Below are positions 39,751 to 50,322 of a DNA stretch of 64,000 nt, one piece after another. The translations under genes and the position numbers were made by a program. Under the pieces are notes generated by a model. That model was not told where the DNA came from, did no database searches, and saw only the letters and a list, made by a program, of their open reading frames with translations. The number at the start of each line of letters is the position of its first letter. The stretch's first letter is position 1. Source of the DNA: a virus. Location of the stretch: positions 32,001 through 96,000 of IMG/VR virus record IMGVR_UViG_3300045988_170943; one strand, 5' to 3'.

Positions 39751-40161
39751 ATGAACAAGACGTTTAGTGCGTACATCGAGTACCATGGCAAGTACACTGC
39801 CGCCCTGAGACTGTTTGAGCGATTCAAGGGGAAGTTCGACAGTCTCCAGGGCGAGGGAGGGTTCAGTTTTGTCGCTAAGATCGATGAGGATGACAGCGAC
39901 TACACGCCCATGATCTGGGTACGAGCCCATGGGACACCTGAATCGGATTCCATCTTTGAGGACCTTCTTAAGTACGTGACCAACAAAATGATCCATACCC
40001 CACACGAAGGGATTGGGAAAGTGTACGCCAAGACTGTCGTCATTGACCCAGTTGATGACGAGTTCTTTATCCCCGAGATCTATGTGACGAAGTACGAGAC
40101 CGACCAAGACGGTATTGTTCAGAGCAGTGTCGAGACGTACATCAGTGACGAGATTGTATGA
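39751..40161 (+). CDS. hypothetical protein
   Basis: 136 aa ORF. Confidence 0.5.
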   Translation: MNKTFSAYIEYHGKYTAALRLFERFKGKFDSLQGEGGFSFVAKIDEDDSDYTPMIWVRAHGTPESDSIFEDLLKYVTNKMIHTPHEGIGKVYAKTVVIDPVDDEFFIPEIYVTKYETDQDGIVQSSVETYISDEIV

Positions 40162-40206
40162 CCTGACTAGCCCTGTTGGTTCAGAGACGATGAGAGCGGA
40201 GATTCG

Positions 40207-40692
40207 ATGACCCCACTGTTATTGACTGCTGGCATTTCTGGCGGTGAAGCGTCAACGACAAAATCTGACGACATCTATCTTCTCTCCGCTATGGTTGTGA
40301 TTATGGGTTTTTTCGCAATTGCTTTCCTTTTGGGCGATAAAGCCGGCAAGGTCTTGTTGTTTTACGCTACTGTGGTTGTTACCCTCCTTTTCTGGAAGCC
40401 GCACCTTTTCGTCTACGAGAAGACAGTAACCGAACATGCCCCTTACACGATCACTGGGACGGTACTCAAAATCGATAAGAACGACCTTGCGGAGTACAAC
40501 CCCACGGTCACTCTGAACAGCGGAGAGAAAGTCAAGGTCACGGAGGATGCGAAGGACCTGTACCAGTTCATCGGCTCACAAGTGACTCTCAAGTGTGACT
40601 ATGATGAGATGCCAGACAAAAAGATCACTAGCAGCACTTCCTGTGACTTTCAGGGTGCTGGCTCTACCCCAGCCCCTAGCGTATCCAACTAG
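40207..40692 (+). CDS. small membrane protein, family F
   Basis: Paralog of 16126-16626 (TLKCDYDEMPDKKIT...STPAPSVSN). Confidence 0.65.
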   Translation: MTPLLLTAGISGGEASTTKSDDIYLLSAMVVIMGFFAIAFLLGDKAGKVLLFYATVVVTLLFWKPHLFVYEKTVTEHAPYTITGTVLKIDKNDLAEYNPTVTLNSGEKVKVTEDAKDLYQFIGSQVTLKCDYDEMPDKKITSSTSCDFQGAGSTPAPSVSN

Positions 40693-40760
40693 GGACACCA
40701 CCACTGCAACCATGATCCGTGCACGTGCTTGAAAAGTAGAACCTGAGGAGGAATAGGAGT

Positions 40761-41774
40761 ATGAGCGACACGCGAGAGGTTACAGAGTCCATGGCCCCGA
40801 ATGAGGTCGTGGCATTCCTAAACGATGGAACCCAATCAGGTTCTATCCCTGCCGCACTGGATGACATTCTTGACGACATCCGTGACGAGCAACTATCCTT
40901 GCATGGTTTTGATGAGGGCGAGACACGTGTGGTGAACGCCGTCAATGACTGGTTCGATGACGACAAGATCGCGTGCCTGGTGTGCGAAACAAAGAATGAG
41001 CAAGTCGTCTACACGCTCTCTGAGGTTCAGGACGTCTCAGGGTCCTTTCTGGTGTGGTGGTGGAAGAAGTATGACGCCAGCGCCTACACTGAGTTGATGG
41101 GCGCAATCAAACAGGGGCGAAAGTTCCAGTTCCTCCTACATGAGGGGCAAGGCAACAGATTCCTCATCAATGAAACGATCCAGGAGGTCTGGGAAGTTGC
41201 AAGAAACATCCCCAGAAAGCACTCACTGAAGTTCTTCAAGAGGGTCGTGAAAGAGGAGGCATACTTCTCTAACTCATGGGAGACTGTTGACGACTACCAT
41301 TCCCGGCACTGGCGGCAGTGGCTCTCCAGGGGCGGTTTCGTCAGGTTCAAACCCAAGGGCATTGACATGTTTGTTTGCGTCAGTGACGACCGCAACAAGG
41401 GAGCGCTTTCTTTCTGGCAGGAACTCATCGAAGATGGGGACACGCTGGGAGTGCTCAGAGATGTGGATAAGAGTGGGGTCATGTCCTCCCCCAGCAAGTT
41501 CCCATACCGTGACCTGTGCAGCAAGGTCAAGGGGTACCGTGAAGACCTCTCGGACGTCAAAATTGCCAATAACGACCCCAACCTCTCTGAGAACGGGCGA
41601 GTGAACATTGTTTACATGTTCGTCACCGTGAACAGGTACAATGAGCCATCCGTGTACATGCTGTCAGACCACTTCAAATCTTATGACTGGAGGGTATTTG
41701 ACGACATCGAAGTCATCTCCCCATACCTGCACAAGGTGGGGTGGACTAACAACACCCAAAACAACGAAGAGTGA
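40761..41774 (+). CDS. hypothetical protein, family A
   Basis: Paralog of 3375-4382; tandem with 41800-42849. Confidence 0.7.
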   Translation: MSDTREVTESMAPNEVVAFLNDGTQSGSIPAALDDILDDIRDEQLSLHGFDEGETRVVNAVNDWFDDDKIACLVCETKNEQVVYTLSEVQDVSGSFLVWWWKKYDASAYTELMGAIKQGRKFQFLLHEGQGNRFLINETIQEVWEVARNIPRKHSLKFFKRVVKEEAYFSNSWETVDDYHSRHWRQWLSRGGFVRFKPKGIDMFVCVSDDRNKGALSFWQELIEDGDTLGVLRDVDKSGVMSSPSKFPYRDLCSKVKGYREDLSDVKIANNDPNLSENGRVNIVYMFVTVNRYNEPSVYMLSDHFKSYDWRVFDDIEVISPYLHKVGWTNNTQNNEE

Positions 41775-41799
41775 AATAAAGGACAGATTAGGATCTAGC

Positions 41800-42849
41800 A
41801 TGAATAACGCAAAAGAGATTACCGACGACAGCACCCCGAACGAGGTCGTAGCATACCTGAACAACAAGATACAATCAGGCGAGTCACCTTTCACAACGCA
41901 TGATGCTCTTACGGACATTCAAGATGGAGAACTGACCCTGCCAAGATTTAATACTTCGGCTACCATGATTGCCAACATAGTGAACAACTGGCTTGACGGC
42001 AGTGGGGTTGCGCATATTGTGTGTGACGGGTTGACTAAAAACCTAATCGTCTACACTCTTTCAGAGGTTCAGGAAGTATCCGGCTCCTCTTTGGTGTGGT
42101 GGTGGAAGGAGATTGACTCTACCGCCTATATCCGCCTTATATCACCTATTAGAAAAGGGTACGAACTCCAGTTCCTCCTGCATGAGGCGCGCGACAACCA
42201 CTTCATGCTCACTGAGACCGTCCAGAAGGTTTGGGACGCCGCCAGAAGCCTCCCTATAGAGCACTCATTGAGGTTCTGCAAGAAGATTCTCGGAGAACAC
42301 CTGAGAGTGTGGGACACTGCACTTGGCACTAAGCCTGGCTCATGGGAGAACGTTCACGAGTCGCGTTCTCCATCGTGGGAAAGGTGGATTGCAAATGGAG
42401 GAAAAATTGAGTTTGTCACCAACTATGATGTTACAGTTGTTCAAGTAACACCAGAGCAGAACGAGGGACTGATCAAGTACTGGCAGAACCTCATAGAAAA
42501 CGAGAACGACCCAACCAAGGTACTGGATGTGCTTCAGGATGTGGATTATAGTGGAGTCATGTCATCCCCCAGCAGGTTCCCATACCGTGACCTGTACAGC
42601 AAGATCAATGGGTATCGTGAAGACCTCTCAAACATCCAGTATGCCCGCACCGACCCGAACCTATCTGACTACGGGTGGTTGAACATTGTAGACGTGTTCG
42701 TGACAGTAGACGAAAACAGCAAGCCGTTCGTGTACATGCTTTCAAACAACCCAGCCGACTACGGGTGGACACTCTGGGAGAACATCTCATTCATATCCCC
42801 ATACCTGCACAAGGCGGGTTGGAAGATAGACGACAAGCCACAACAGTAG
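41800..42849 (+). CDS. hypothetical protein, family A (tandem duplicate)
   Basis: Start refined to MNNAKEI. Same conserved blocks as 40761-41774. Confidence 0.7.
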   Translation: MNNAKEITDDSTPNEVVAYLNNKIQSGESPFTTHDALTDIQDGELTLPRFNTSATMIANIVNNWLDGSGVAHIVCDGLTKNLIVYTLSEVQEVSGSSLVWWWKEIDSTAYIRLISPIRKGYELQFLLHEARDNHFMLTETVQKVWDAARSLPIEHSLRFCKKILGEHLRVWDTALGTKPGSWENVHESRSPSWERWIANGGKIEFVTNYDVTVVQVTPEQNEGLIKYWQNLIENENDPTKVLDVLQDVDYSGVMSSPSRFPYRDLYSKINGYREDLSNIQYARTDPNLSDYGWLNIVDVFVTVDENSKPFVYMLSNNPADYGWTLWENISFISPYLHKAGWKIDDKPQQ

Positions 42850-42859
42850 AAAGTGACTC

Positions 42860-42907
42860 AGTTCACACCTGGTGGTGTTGACGGCCAACAACCCGGCCAC
42901 ATATGCT
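42860..42907 (+). promoter_or_regulatory. Shared-type promoter AGTTCAC-N11-TTGACG-N18-TATGCT
   Basis: Motif match upstream of 42964. Confidence 0.55.
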
Positions 42908-42963
42908 TACCTCATCAAGCCAGCAGGCAAGAAGCCACCAGGCGCAAGGCAAGGAGAACAACA

Positions 42964-43305
42964 ATGACCATCAACCCCACCAATGCCCCTACTGACGTCA
43001 TCAAGTTCCACGAGTCCGCCAAGAAGGCGTTCATTGGCAAGTCAGTGTGGACCGTGGACACGCTGCAACAGCGCACCACCGAGGGCATCATCCACCGCAC
43101 CCGAATCGTGATCTGCGATGAGGAAGGATTTGGTGGAGGCACACTTCAGAACGGCGGCGAGATCCGCAACGTCGGGGCCTTTGTTGGAGCCTTTGGAAGC
43201 ACTATTGATGACGTTCGTTTTGAGAAGTGGGACGAGGGGGTGTACCGCTTCTGGCTATGGAACAATGTCACCCACGATGTGGCAGAGTTCTACTACCACT
43301 GCTAA
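42964..43305 (+). CDS. hypothetical protein
   Basis: SD caaggagaacaaca before ATG 42964. Confidence 0.55.
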   Translation: MTINPTNAPTDVIKFHESAKKAFIGKSVWTVDTLQQRTTEGIIHRTRIVICDEEGFGGGTLQNGGEIRNVGAFVGAFGSTIDDVRFEKWDEGVYRFWLWNNVTHDVAEFYYHC

Positions 43306-43341
43306 CAGCCCACACAAGTCACCACAACAGGTGGCAAGAGT

Positions 43342-43389
43342 GCCGCTACCCACCCTGACCTATTCGGTGCGGGTAGCGGTTTTCTTTCG
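43342..43389 (+). terminator. Rho-independent terminator
   Basis: gccgctacccac ... gtgcgggtagcggt then tttctttcg. Confidence 0.6.
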
Positions 43390-43573
43390 TCCATCATGGT
43401 CGCAATAAGCCCCTAGAGCAGAGGACACAAGACGGCTTATTAGCCCGTCGCCTCAACCAGCAATGTGTCCCACTTCATTTCTTCTCATGTTGACAACAGT
43501 CGCCCTGTGTGCATATATTTGAAGTACGTTTAAGGGAGCACCGGCTACATTGAAAGACCCCAAGGAGAAGAAG

Positions 43574-43987
43574 ATGGCTAATGGTTCCGTACTGATTTCG
43601 GGGTATGTGCGTGCTCGCATCAGCATGGAGGACGCTGAAAAGAGGGCGGAGAAGTTCAAGAAGGCCACCACGAAGCGATCCGAGAGCGCGACCGTTGAGG
43701 TTGATATCGAGGATATTCGTGAGATTAGCAAGAAGATTAAGTTCCTTGTTGCAGGAGATTCTGAGAGCCTGACCAACGACATCGACGACTTGGTTGAGTC
43801 CACGCTGTCGAAGGGCCTCAACTACAAAGATCACGCTGTTTGGGGAAAATTTGCGGTAACTGATCTGCGTCAGGTTAAGCCGGGTTGCACCCCAGCAATG
43901 TCAGTCTTCTCGCTCGACTTCGACGGCCACCCTAGAGAAAACGTCGAGGTCAGTAACACTGGTAAGGTCTATAGGCGCTGGATCTAA
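43574..43987 (+). CDS. hypothetical protein, family D
   Basis: SD aaggagaagaag before ATG 43574. Paralog of 4513-4920. Confidence 0.7.
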   Translation: MANGSVLISGYVRARISMEDAEKRAEKFKKATTKRSESATVEVDIEDIREISKKIKFLVAGDSESLTNDIDDLVESTLSKGLNYKDHAVWGKFAVTDLRQVKPGCTPAMSVFSLDFDGHPRENVEVSNTGKVYRRWI

Positions 43988-44057
43988 GTACCCCACGATC
44001 GTTATCATCTTGCTCGTGGGGTACTTGCTCGTATCCCTAACACAGTAGACGTGACCT

Positions 44058-44105
44058 GGTTCACACTGTAGCGTGTTGACTACCTCTCCTCCTATCATGT
44101 AGGGT
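44058..44105 (+). promoter_or_regulatory. Shared-type promoter GGTTCAC-N11-TTGACT-N18-TAGGGT
   Basis: Motif match upstream of 44162. Confidence 0.5.
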
Positions 44106-44161
44106 GGAGACACAAGCCAGGAACAACAGGGTTGCTGGCGAATACGCACAAGGAGTCGGAA

Positions 44162-44749
44162 ATGACCGCTTACACGTTCTCGAAGTTCGCCAACCCTACC
44201 TCGGATGTCGTACCTCAGCCGGTTGTCGATCTGGCTTTGGAGTTCACGCCTACTGCTACCATTTCTGCCAACGAAGGCGTTTTCGTCTGGGACAACTTCA
44301 AGGCGAACGGTGTGCGTGCCTTCTGGTACGACAATGATGTTGTGCTGGTGCATGTCACCAAGGTGGTTTTCGGGAAGCCGTTCACTTTCACTACTAAGTG
44401 GAACCTTGACTTTGAGGATGAGTGGCCCACTGGTACTCATCTCATTTGGGCTGCGCGTGAGGGGCTGGCTCAGGCTAACGCTCTGGTGTACCTCATTAAC
44501 TATCTGGAGGTCAACGGTCTCGGAGTAGCCGGGAAGATTGACCCTGAGGAAACTGTCATCACTCTGGATAGTGGACGCAAGGTCATGCTCCGTGTGGACT
44601 ATGACAATGAGACCGAGAGCGTGGTGTTCTCCTGGGATGCGGATGGTGCTCTTGATGACATCCTTTCTGCCTTCCAGACTCTTGATGAGATTGAGTACGA
44701 GGCCCCTGGGGGAAAGCGCATCGCCTTCAGCGCCTCCCTGTTCGCCTGA
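44162..44749 (+). CDS. hypothetical protein
   Basis: SD caaggagtcggaa before ATG 44162. Confidence 0.55.
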   Translation: MTAYTFSKFANPTSDVVPQPVVDLALEFTPTATISANEGVFVWDNFKANGVRAFWYDNDVVLVHVTKVVFGKPFTFTTKWNLDFEDEWPTGTHLIWAAREGLAQANALVYLINYLEVNGLGVAGKIDPEETVITLDSGRKVMLRVDYDNETESVVFSWDADGALDDILSAFQTLDEIEYEAPGGKRIAFSASLFA

Positions 44750-44862
44750 GAGGCCACGTAAACTACTCACCCCAGGATCCTCTAGGCACAGGAGAGGATC
44801 CTGGGGTGGGCTTTGTCCGTGAAGAAGGCTGCGGGCGCTCTACCATCAGGGTAGTGTGTCGC

Positions 44863-44909
44863 AGTTCACTCGACTGGAAGTTGCCCCTAGCGCTGGGAGC
44901 ATGTAGTAT
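44863..44909 (+). promoter_or_regulatory. Shared-type promoter AGTTCAC-N11-TTGCCC-N17-TAGTAT
   Basis: Motif match upstream of 44965. Confidence 0.5.
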
Positions 44910-44964
44910 GATGTTCAGAAGTCAGGGGACAAAAGGTCTCATGACAAAACGCGAAGGAGACAAC

Positions 44965-45372
44965 ATGAGCAAGACTGTCACTGAGATTGTTAAGGCCGTC
45001 GCTGAGAATGGACTGGATGCCACTTTCGGCACTACTAACGCCGCTATCGATAATGGCTGGTATGACTGGTTTTGTCAGGACCGCTCACTGAAGAACAGGT
45101 CAAAGAAGTTCATGACCATTCTCAATCGGCTTACTAATGGCGGCAAGGTCAGCCTGGATGGTGAGGTTACCTTCCTGAACAAGTACGCAGAGCATCTGTT
45201 CGATGTCATGATTCTAGAGTCCACTGAGGGCACCATTTTTGTCGAGAATGACCCTCAGGAACATGGGGCGCGTTGGGCTGTTAAGGTGAACGGAAACCAC
45301 CCCACTGAGGGGTTCCTGAAGTTCGACAGTGTTCATGGCCTTGTTGCGTGGCTGAACGAGCCCTGGGGCTAA
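44965..45372 (+). CDS. hypothetical protein, family I
   Basis: SD gaaggagacaac before ATG. Paralog of 20101-20757. Confidence 0.65.
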   Translation: MSKTVTEIVKAVAENGLDATFGTTNAAIDNGWYDWFCQDRSLKNRSKKFMTILNRLTNGGKVSLDGEVTFLNKYAEHLFDVMILESTEGTIFVENDPQEHGARWAVKVNGNHPTEGFLKFDSVHGLVAWLNEPWG

Positions 45373-45432
45373 CTCGCTCTTACGGAGAGGTAAGAGCGCA
45401 GTATCTCACCCCTTCCTTGCAGGGAAGCGTAT

Positions 45433-45478
45433 GCAGTGCCGTACAGTTGACTATATGAGTTGACTGTACGGCACTGCT
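45433..45478. terminator. Near-perfect 19-20 bp hairpin with 6 nt loop in a 270 nt intergenic spacer
   Basis: gcagtgccgtacagttgact / agttgactgtacggcactgc. Confidence 0.4.
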
Positions 45479-45645
45479 GTCGCTGATGTTGAGTTTCCCT
45501 GCTAGATTTGACGCATCGGAGGGCGGTGGGTACGAGTGTGGCCTATTTCACTAGAGTCAACATTGATCATGTCTCACGGGTGGTGCTATGCTCATACCAG
45601 ATGCCAAGAACAAGAGGTTGTTGGCCAATATTTGAAGGAGTCACA

Positions 45646-46155
45646 ATGTCCGCCACTATCAAGCCCGCCACCAAGTACATTACCTCCAATGAGGCAATCT
45701 GTGAGGAAAACGTGGTAGAGAAGGGTGACTGGGCTGACTTCCTTGAATCATCCATTAAGGGAATGCACGTGACCGATGTGTACGTGACTACCCGTAAGGC
45801 CGCCCACAATAAGTGCCCTCAGGGAATTGACTGTGATGACTCGAACGAGGGTGACTCTGCGGTAGTCATTGAGGGTCCCGTGAACCGTGTTGTTCTGCTT
45901 GGTCACTCTGCCCCCGATTTTGACAACGATGTCAAGTTGAATGTGCTCAGTTACGACAACTCCGACAAGAGGGTGAACAGTGTGTCCATTGAGGGCATCA
46001 ACACCTACTGGTTCACACAGGGCACTGAGGGCGGAGAGTACTACACCGTCAAGATCGGCCGCCACAATTCGCCTATTATCATTGAGGTCCTGACCTACTC
46101 CGACTCCCTCGGTGATGTGGGCGTGCCATACATTGTGGTCCAGGACGCCCGCTGA
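45646..46155 (+). CDS. hypothetical protein
   Basis: SD gaaggagtcaca before ATG 45646. Confidence 0.55.
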   Translation: MSATIKPATKYITSNEAICEENVVEKGDWADFLESSIKGMHVTDVYVTTRKAAHNKCPQGIDCDDSNEGDSAVVIEGPVNRVVLLGHSAPDFDNDVKLNVLSYDNSDKRVNSVSIEGINTYWFTQGTEGGEYYTVKIGRHNSPIIIEVLTYSDSLGDVGVPYIVVQDAR

Positions 46156-46170
46156 TAAGCCACTAACTGT

Positions 46171-46217
46171 CGCCCTGGCATGAGGTTCTACCGTTCATGC
46201 CAGGGCGGCTTTATTTA
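46171..46217 (+). terminator. Rho-independent terminator
   Basis: cgccctggcatga ... tcatgccagggcg then gctttattta. Confidence 0.6.
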
Positions 46218-46254
46218 CCGCTGTCAGAGTTCACGCAAAACATGACTGTGGCCC

Positions 46255-46302
46255 AGTTCACATGTTTACCAGTTGCGCATGTTCAAGGTCATGCCGTATG
46301 CT
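46255..46302 (+). promoter_or_regulatory. Shared-type promoter AGTTCAC-N11-TTGCGC-N18-TATGCT (second AGTTCAC copy at 46228-46234)
   Basis: Motif match upstream of 46341. Confidence 0.5.
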
Positions 46303-46340
46303 TACACCATCAAAGGAAACAAACACAAAGGAGGATAGCC

Positions 46341-46751
46341 GTGAGCGCGCCCCTGGATCTCACCACCTACTTCACCAGCCCGAACACGGACAGTGGTGAG
46401 AAGTTCACTTATGAGAGTGAGATCGCTCTTGGATTAACTAGGGCCGCTGGGAAGTTCTCTTCCATCAGCGGTGAGGTTCTGACTGCTATCAAGCGTCTGG
46501 CTCACGAGGCTGGCAGTCACGTGACCATCCTCAACCCTCCGTCGTCTTTGCTTTCACGTGAGCACCCGCTCATTGTTGCTATTGGGTTCGAGGTGGTAGA
46601 GATTCACCTGGATTACGGACGCATCCAGGTGAACGTGCTCGAAGGCTGGCAGGACGTTCACGCCAACCTCGCTGGGTACACGACGTATGTCCAGTCCGAG
46701 GCGTGGAAGAGCCTGGGTGAGCACATGGCCCATATGGTCCACTGGCAGTAG
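46341..46751 (+). CDS. hypothetical protein (GTG start)
   Basis: SD caaaggaggatagcc before GTG. Confidence 0.5.
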   Translation: MSAPLDLTTYFTSPNTDSGEKFTYESEIALGLTRAAGKFSSISGEVLTAIKRLAHEAGSHVTILNPPSSLLSREHPLIVAIGFEVVEIHLDYGRIQVNVLEGWQDVHANLAGYTTYVQSEAWKSLGEHMAHMVHWQ

Positions 46752-46920
46752 CCATCACGGATGATACGACTGGGGTGGGCGCGTTTGGTATGAAGAACGT
46801 GCCCACCCCGGTTCTCCTTGTCTTCTTGCCACGCTCGCACTATCGTCAACACGCCTCTTAGTCTGATCAACCAGCAGCAGCACCCCATGAAGCACGCTAT
46901 CTGCCTGTAGAGTGAGACTC

Positions 46921-46967
46921 AGTTCACACATAGCGGGGTTGCAGTCTGCCGCGGCAACCTGTACGCT
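46921..46967 (+). promoter_or_regulatory. Shared-type promoter AGTTCAC-N11-TTGCAG-N17-TACGCT
   Basis: Motif match upstream of 47018. Confidence 0.55.
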
Positions 46968-47017
46968 TAAACCATCAGGAACACGACGGCGATTACCGCC
47001 AGAACGGAGACAGACAG

Positions 47018-47506
47018 ATGAGCATCAATCTTGTTGCCAACATGGTTATTGGCAAACGCGAGACTGTCAACATTCTCAACCCCGACGAGAATGAGAGTTG
47101 GGTTTCTTTCCGCCGCGCCGAGTTCAATTTCGACTCCGTGAGCGACTTTATTACCGTGGTTAAGAGGTTGTTCCTCATGGATCACCCTCACTCCGATCTT
47201 CTGATGAACGAGCGTGACAGGGAGGCGGTTCGTATCCCTACTTTCCTCCAGGTCGCTGAGGATCTTGGTGCGGAGGTTGAAGATGTTGAGCGACCTGGTG
47301 ACAGGGATTGTCTGTCTGGTGGGTTCGGGGACGATGCCGCGATCCTGTTTGGTGGAACCGTCTTCCCTGACGAGGACAACACCTACCTGGCTCTTTTCGG
47401 CAGTTCAGCATCCGGGGACCGGAAGTGGCCAGGCCACAAAGACGTGGTAGATGCTGTTAGGGGAGGCTTCGTCGCCCAGGAGGCCAAGAACCTGGGAATC
47501 AAGTAG
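47018..47506 (+). CDS. hypothetical protein
   Basis: 162 aa ORF after the promoter. Confidence 0.55.
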   Translation: MSINLVANMVIGKRETVNILNPDENESWVSFRRAEFNFDSVSDFITVVKRLFLMDHPHSDLLMNERDREAVRIPTFLQVAEDLGAEVEDVERPGDRDCLSGGFGDDAAILFGGTVFPDEDNTYLALFGSSASGDRKWPGHKDVVDAVRGGFVAQEAKNLGIK

Positions 47507-47531
47507 AAGTACGTTAACCCTAGGGTGGTGT

Positions 47532-47579
47532 ACTTCACATGACCTTGGGTTGCTTCACCTGGTAGGGGTGACATATACT
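47532..47579 (+). promoter_or_regulatory. Shared-type promoter ACTTCAC-N11-TTGCTT-N18-TATACT
   Basis: Motif match upstream of 47634. Confidence 0.5.
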
Positions 47580-47633
47580 AGAGTCATGACAGGGAGCAAT
47601 AAGAGCGCTCTGACTAGATAGAAAGGCTCAGTT

Positions 47634-48014
47634 ATGTCAGGCTTCTTCCGTAAGGCCCAGGCAGAGTCGGAGATTGATACGGTTATGCGTAACGTCTGTG
47701 ACGCCTTCCGTGATGAGTTCAATGTGGAGCCATCCATCTCTGACGATAGTGCACCCTTCTCCTTCCGTGCGTACCACTTTGACGCGCGTTGCAAACACCT
47801 TGTTATCGCCCGTCGAGTCATTGATCACTGGGTGATTGATGTTGCTCTTCAGATCCCTCGCAAGGATGAGATTCTTAAGGGACAGTCAACCACTACTGAT
47901 GTATCCTATGGTGGGGTCAAGGCGGCCATCTCGAACGCTCTCTACCATGGGGTCGTTGTGGATCGTATCAGCGGTGAGGTTATTCGTCGTCTCGGACACA
48001 GGCGCTCCGCCTGA
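47634..48014 (+). CDS. hypothetical protein
   Basis: 126 aa ORF. Confidence 0.5.
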   Translation: MSGFFRKAQAESEIDTVMRNVCDAFRDEFNVEPSISDDSAPFSFRAYHFDARCKHLVIARRVIDHWVIDVALQIPRKDEILKGQSTTTDVSYGGVKAAISNALYHGVVVDRISGEVIRRLGHRRSA

Positions 48015-48226
48015 CAGTTTCTACACATAAACAACAGGTGTATGTGACGTGGATCGTTCGGTTTCATGCAGGCCGCCCACCAATACCGTCGCTCGCAGTG
48101 GGGTGCTGTTGTTGCACACATCACTACCACCTAAGTTGAATGACCTCTTGTGGTCGTGTACACTGAAAGCACCTAAGGGCAGAAGGCGGGCAGGGCCGAC
48201 TGCAAGACGAACAGGAAGAGAAGACC

Positions 48227-48706
48227 ATGATGGACGCGAAGGGCTTCATCAACAAGATCGAGCAGGCCATGAAGAACGGTGAGACCTTTACTCACGCTGT
48301 TGGCAGTTACGGCAGTTTTGAAGTCACTGTTTCCCCTGATGGTAGTGCAGTGTGCAAGTTGGAGGACGAAGAGCACAGTACTCTTCCTGCCGGTAGCAGC
48401 CCGGAAGAGATCCTTAACTACTACTCAACAAGTATCCGCCAGTCGTCCTACTCTTACGACACTGAGGGTGGAGGGTCCGTGACCTTTGTGAAGGACCTCC
48501 AGGTCGGCGACGTCATTCTCTACAGCCTGCATGGCGACGGGAACGCTAAGGTTGTCTCTGTAGACACGACTGACAGTGAGATCGTTGTGACTTTCGTTGT
48601 CCATTCTCCTGGCAGGACGTGGAAGCAGGTTGATACCTACCCTGCCGGGTCTATGATGGAGTTCGATCTCCTTTGGGGGGCTGACTGGGTTCCTGAGGAG
48701 AAGTAG
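48227..48706 (+). CDS. hypothetical protein, family G, intact fused form (N-half ~7272-7481 product, C-half ~7533-7778 product)
   Basis: SD gaacaggaagagaagacc. Collinear similarity to both halves of the interrupted locus. Confidence 0.65.
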   Translation: MMDAKGFINKIEQAMKNGETFTHAVGSYGSFEVTVSPDGSAVCKLEDEEHSTLPAGSSPEEILNYYSTSIRQSSYSYDTEGGGSVTFVKDLQVGDVILYSLHGDGNAKVVSVDTTDSEIVVTFVVHSPGRTWKQVDTYPAGSMMEFDLLWGADWVPEEK

Positions 48707-48882
48707 TATCCGGTTGAGGTCTTGTACTTGTGGGGGCAAGAAGATCCCGTTACCACAAGCACAAGACGCCCCAGTTCTCCTATCGATTTCAAGTGGCATG
48801 AAGTGAACGCGGCTCTCATTAGTGCCCCATTGTGAAACATTTTCCGCATTCTCACTAAAAAATAGGACAGGAGAAGATAGTT

Positions 48883-49359
48883 ATGGCTGAGATCTTCGTC
48901 AAGGATATGTACGCATTCGCTAAGGGCGTCACCTTCAACAGGGACACCAACGGGTTGCACTATCGTCCAACCCTGGCGCTACAGAGGTATCTGAGTGGCC
49001 CCAGTAGCCCGATCCTTATTAGTCCTGACAATTACAGGATTGTTTTCGGGAAGAAGATGTTCTCCATCACGGACGTCTCTGGTATGGCTGGCGCCGGAAT
49101 CAACCATGGTGACACTTTTGACATCGTGTTCCAGATTGATCCCGTATCGCACTACAACAACATCTCTGATGGTGCTTTTGAGGCCGTCAAGAGGGACCTC
49201 TGGTACTTGGCCCGCTGGTTTGAGATGAGCCCGGATGAGGCCAAGAAGATCGATGCAGAGATCGCCAAGGATAATGAGATGAGTCTAGATGGCCTCAACT
49301 CTGTTCTTCAGGCCTGGGGTTTGGCGCCTGTCCCTCAGTCCAAGACATTCAACCTGTGA
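48883..49359 (+). CDS. hypothetical protein
   Basis: SD aggagaagatagtt before ATG. Confidence 0.55.
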   Translation: MAEIFVKDMYAFAKGVTFNRDTNGLHYRPTLALQRYLSGPSSPILISPDNYRIVFGKKMFSITDVSGMAGAGINHGDTFDIVFQIDPVSHYNNISDGAFEAVKRDLWYLARWFEMSPDEAKKIDAEIAKDNEMSLDGLNSVLQAWGLAPVPQSKTFNL

Positions 49360-49515
49360 GTTCGCAAACACTATCCTTGATCAGACACCCCTTTTCTGTC
49401 GCTATGTGACCGGTTACACATCATAGAAAGACATGCATTAGGTGGAAGTGCTCTACAATGATCACGTGAGCAGTCACTCATACTTGTCATTCAAGACCAC
49501 TCACACTCAACGCAA

Positions 49516-50199
49516 ATGAAGGAGAACAGGATCGTGCCCCCAGAAGGACTCACGCCCCTATCTATCAGCGAGTTCGCAGCCAAGTACGGCCCCATCATGG
49601 AGATTGTTGGGATGAGCCGTCAAGGAGTGAAAGACATCCTTGCTATGGCATATGGTGTGTTTCCGTCTCCAGGGAATGGGTACAACGTTACCAGTACTGG
49701 AATTGTTGCGTCCGCTTTCCAGGAGTCTTCTCTGCCTCTTTTGCACCGTCGTCGTCAGGTGTCTGCCACTACGATTTTCAATGCCACTGTTGGGGCATCG
49801 GGTAGGCAGGGTCAGTGGGGTTTCACTATGCAGCAGCACGGCCGCAGAATCATGGCGGCTATCTCTAACCGTGATGGCTGGTTCAAGGTCATGGATGATG
49901 GCCCTGGCTTCAAGTACTATCATGCAGTTAGTGGGGTGAAGTGGGCCGACACCCCGATTCACTACAATAGTGGCGTCAGATCTTCCCGCAATGAGCCTGT
50001 TTTCCTTGATGGCATTCGAGAGATGATTGAGGAGTTGCAGCACATTGTCGCATTAAGGCCTACCATCCCTGAAACCGGGCGAAAGGCGAGACTGTTCTCC
50101 AAGTCCCCAAACGGTTCCCTACTGGACATGCGTGTGCTCAACAACCCCAACATCTGGCAGGAGACACAGAGCAAGGGAGAGGCCGATCAGCAGGAGTAG
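49516..50199 (+). CDS. hypothetical protein (possible GTG start at 49534)
   Basis: 227 aa ORF; aaggagaac lies inside the first codons, suggesting the downstream GTG. Confidence 0.5.
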   Translation: MKENRIVPPEGLTPLSISEFAAKYGPIMEIVGMSRQGVKDILAMAYGVFPSPGNGYNVTSTGIVASAFQESSLPLLHRRRQVSATTIFNATVGASGRQGQWGFTMQQHGRRIMAAISNRDGWFKVMDDGPGFKYYHAVSGVKWADTPIHYNSGVRSSRNEPVFLDGIREMIEELQHIVALRPTIPETGRKARLFSKSPNGSLLDMRVLNNPNIWQETQSKGEADQQE

Positions 50200-50322
50200 G
50201 GCATTCTTCTAGCGTGTGACTAGCATTACTGGGTTCCAGGTTGAAGATGCTGCTGTTGTGTCATAGCCTGGTGACAGGTTGACCAAAGAGCGGAAGACAC
50301 TAACACGGAAAGAGAAGCCACG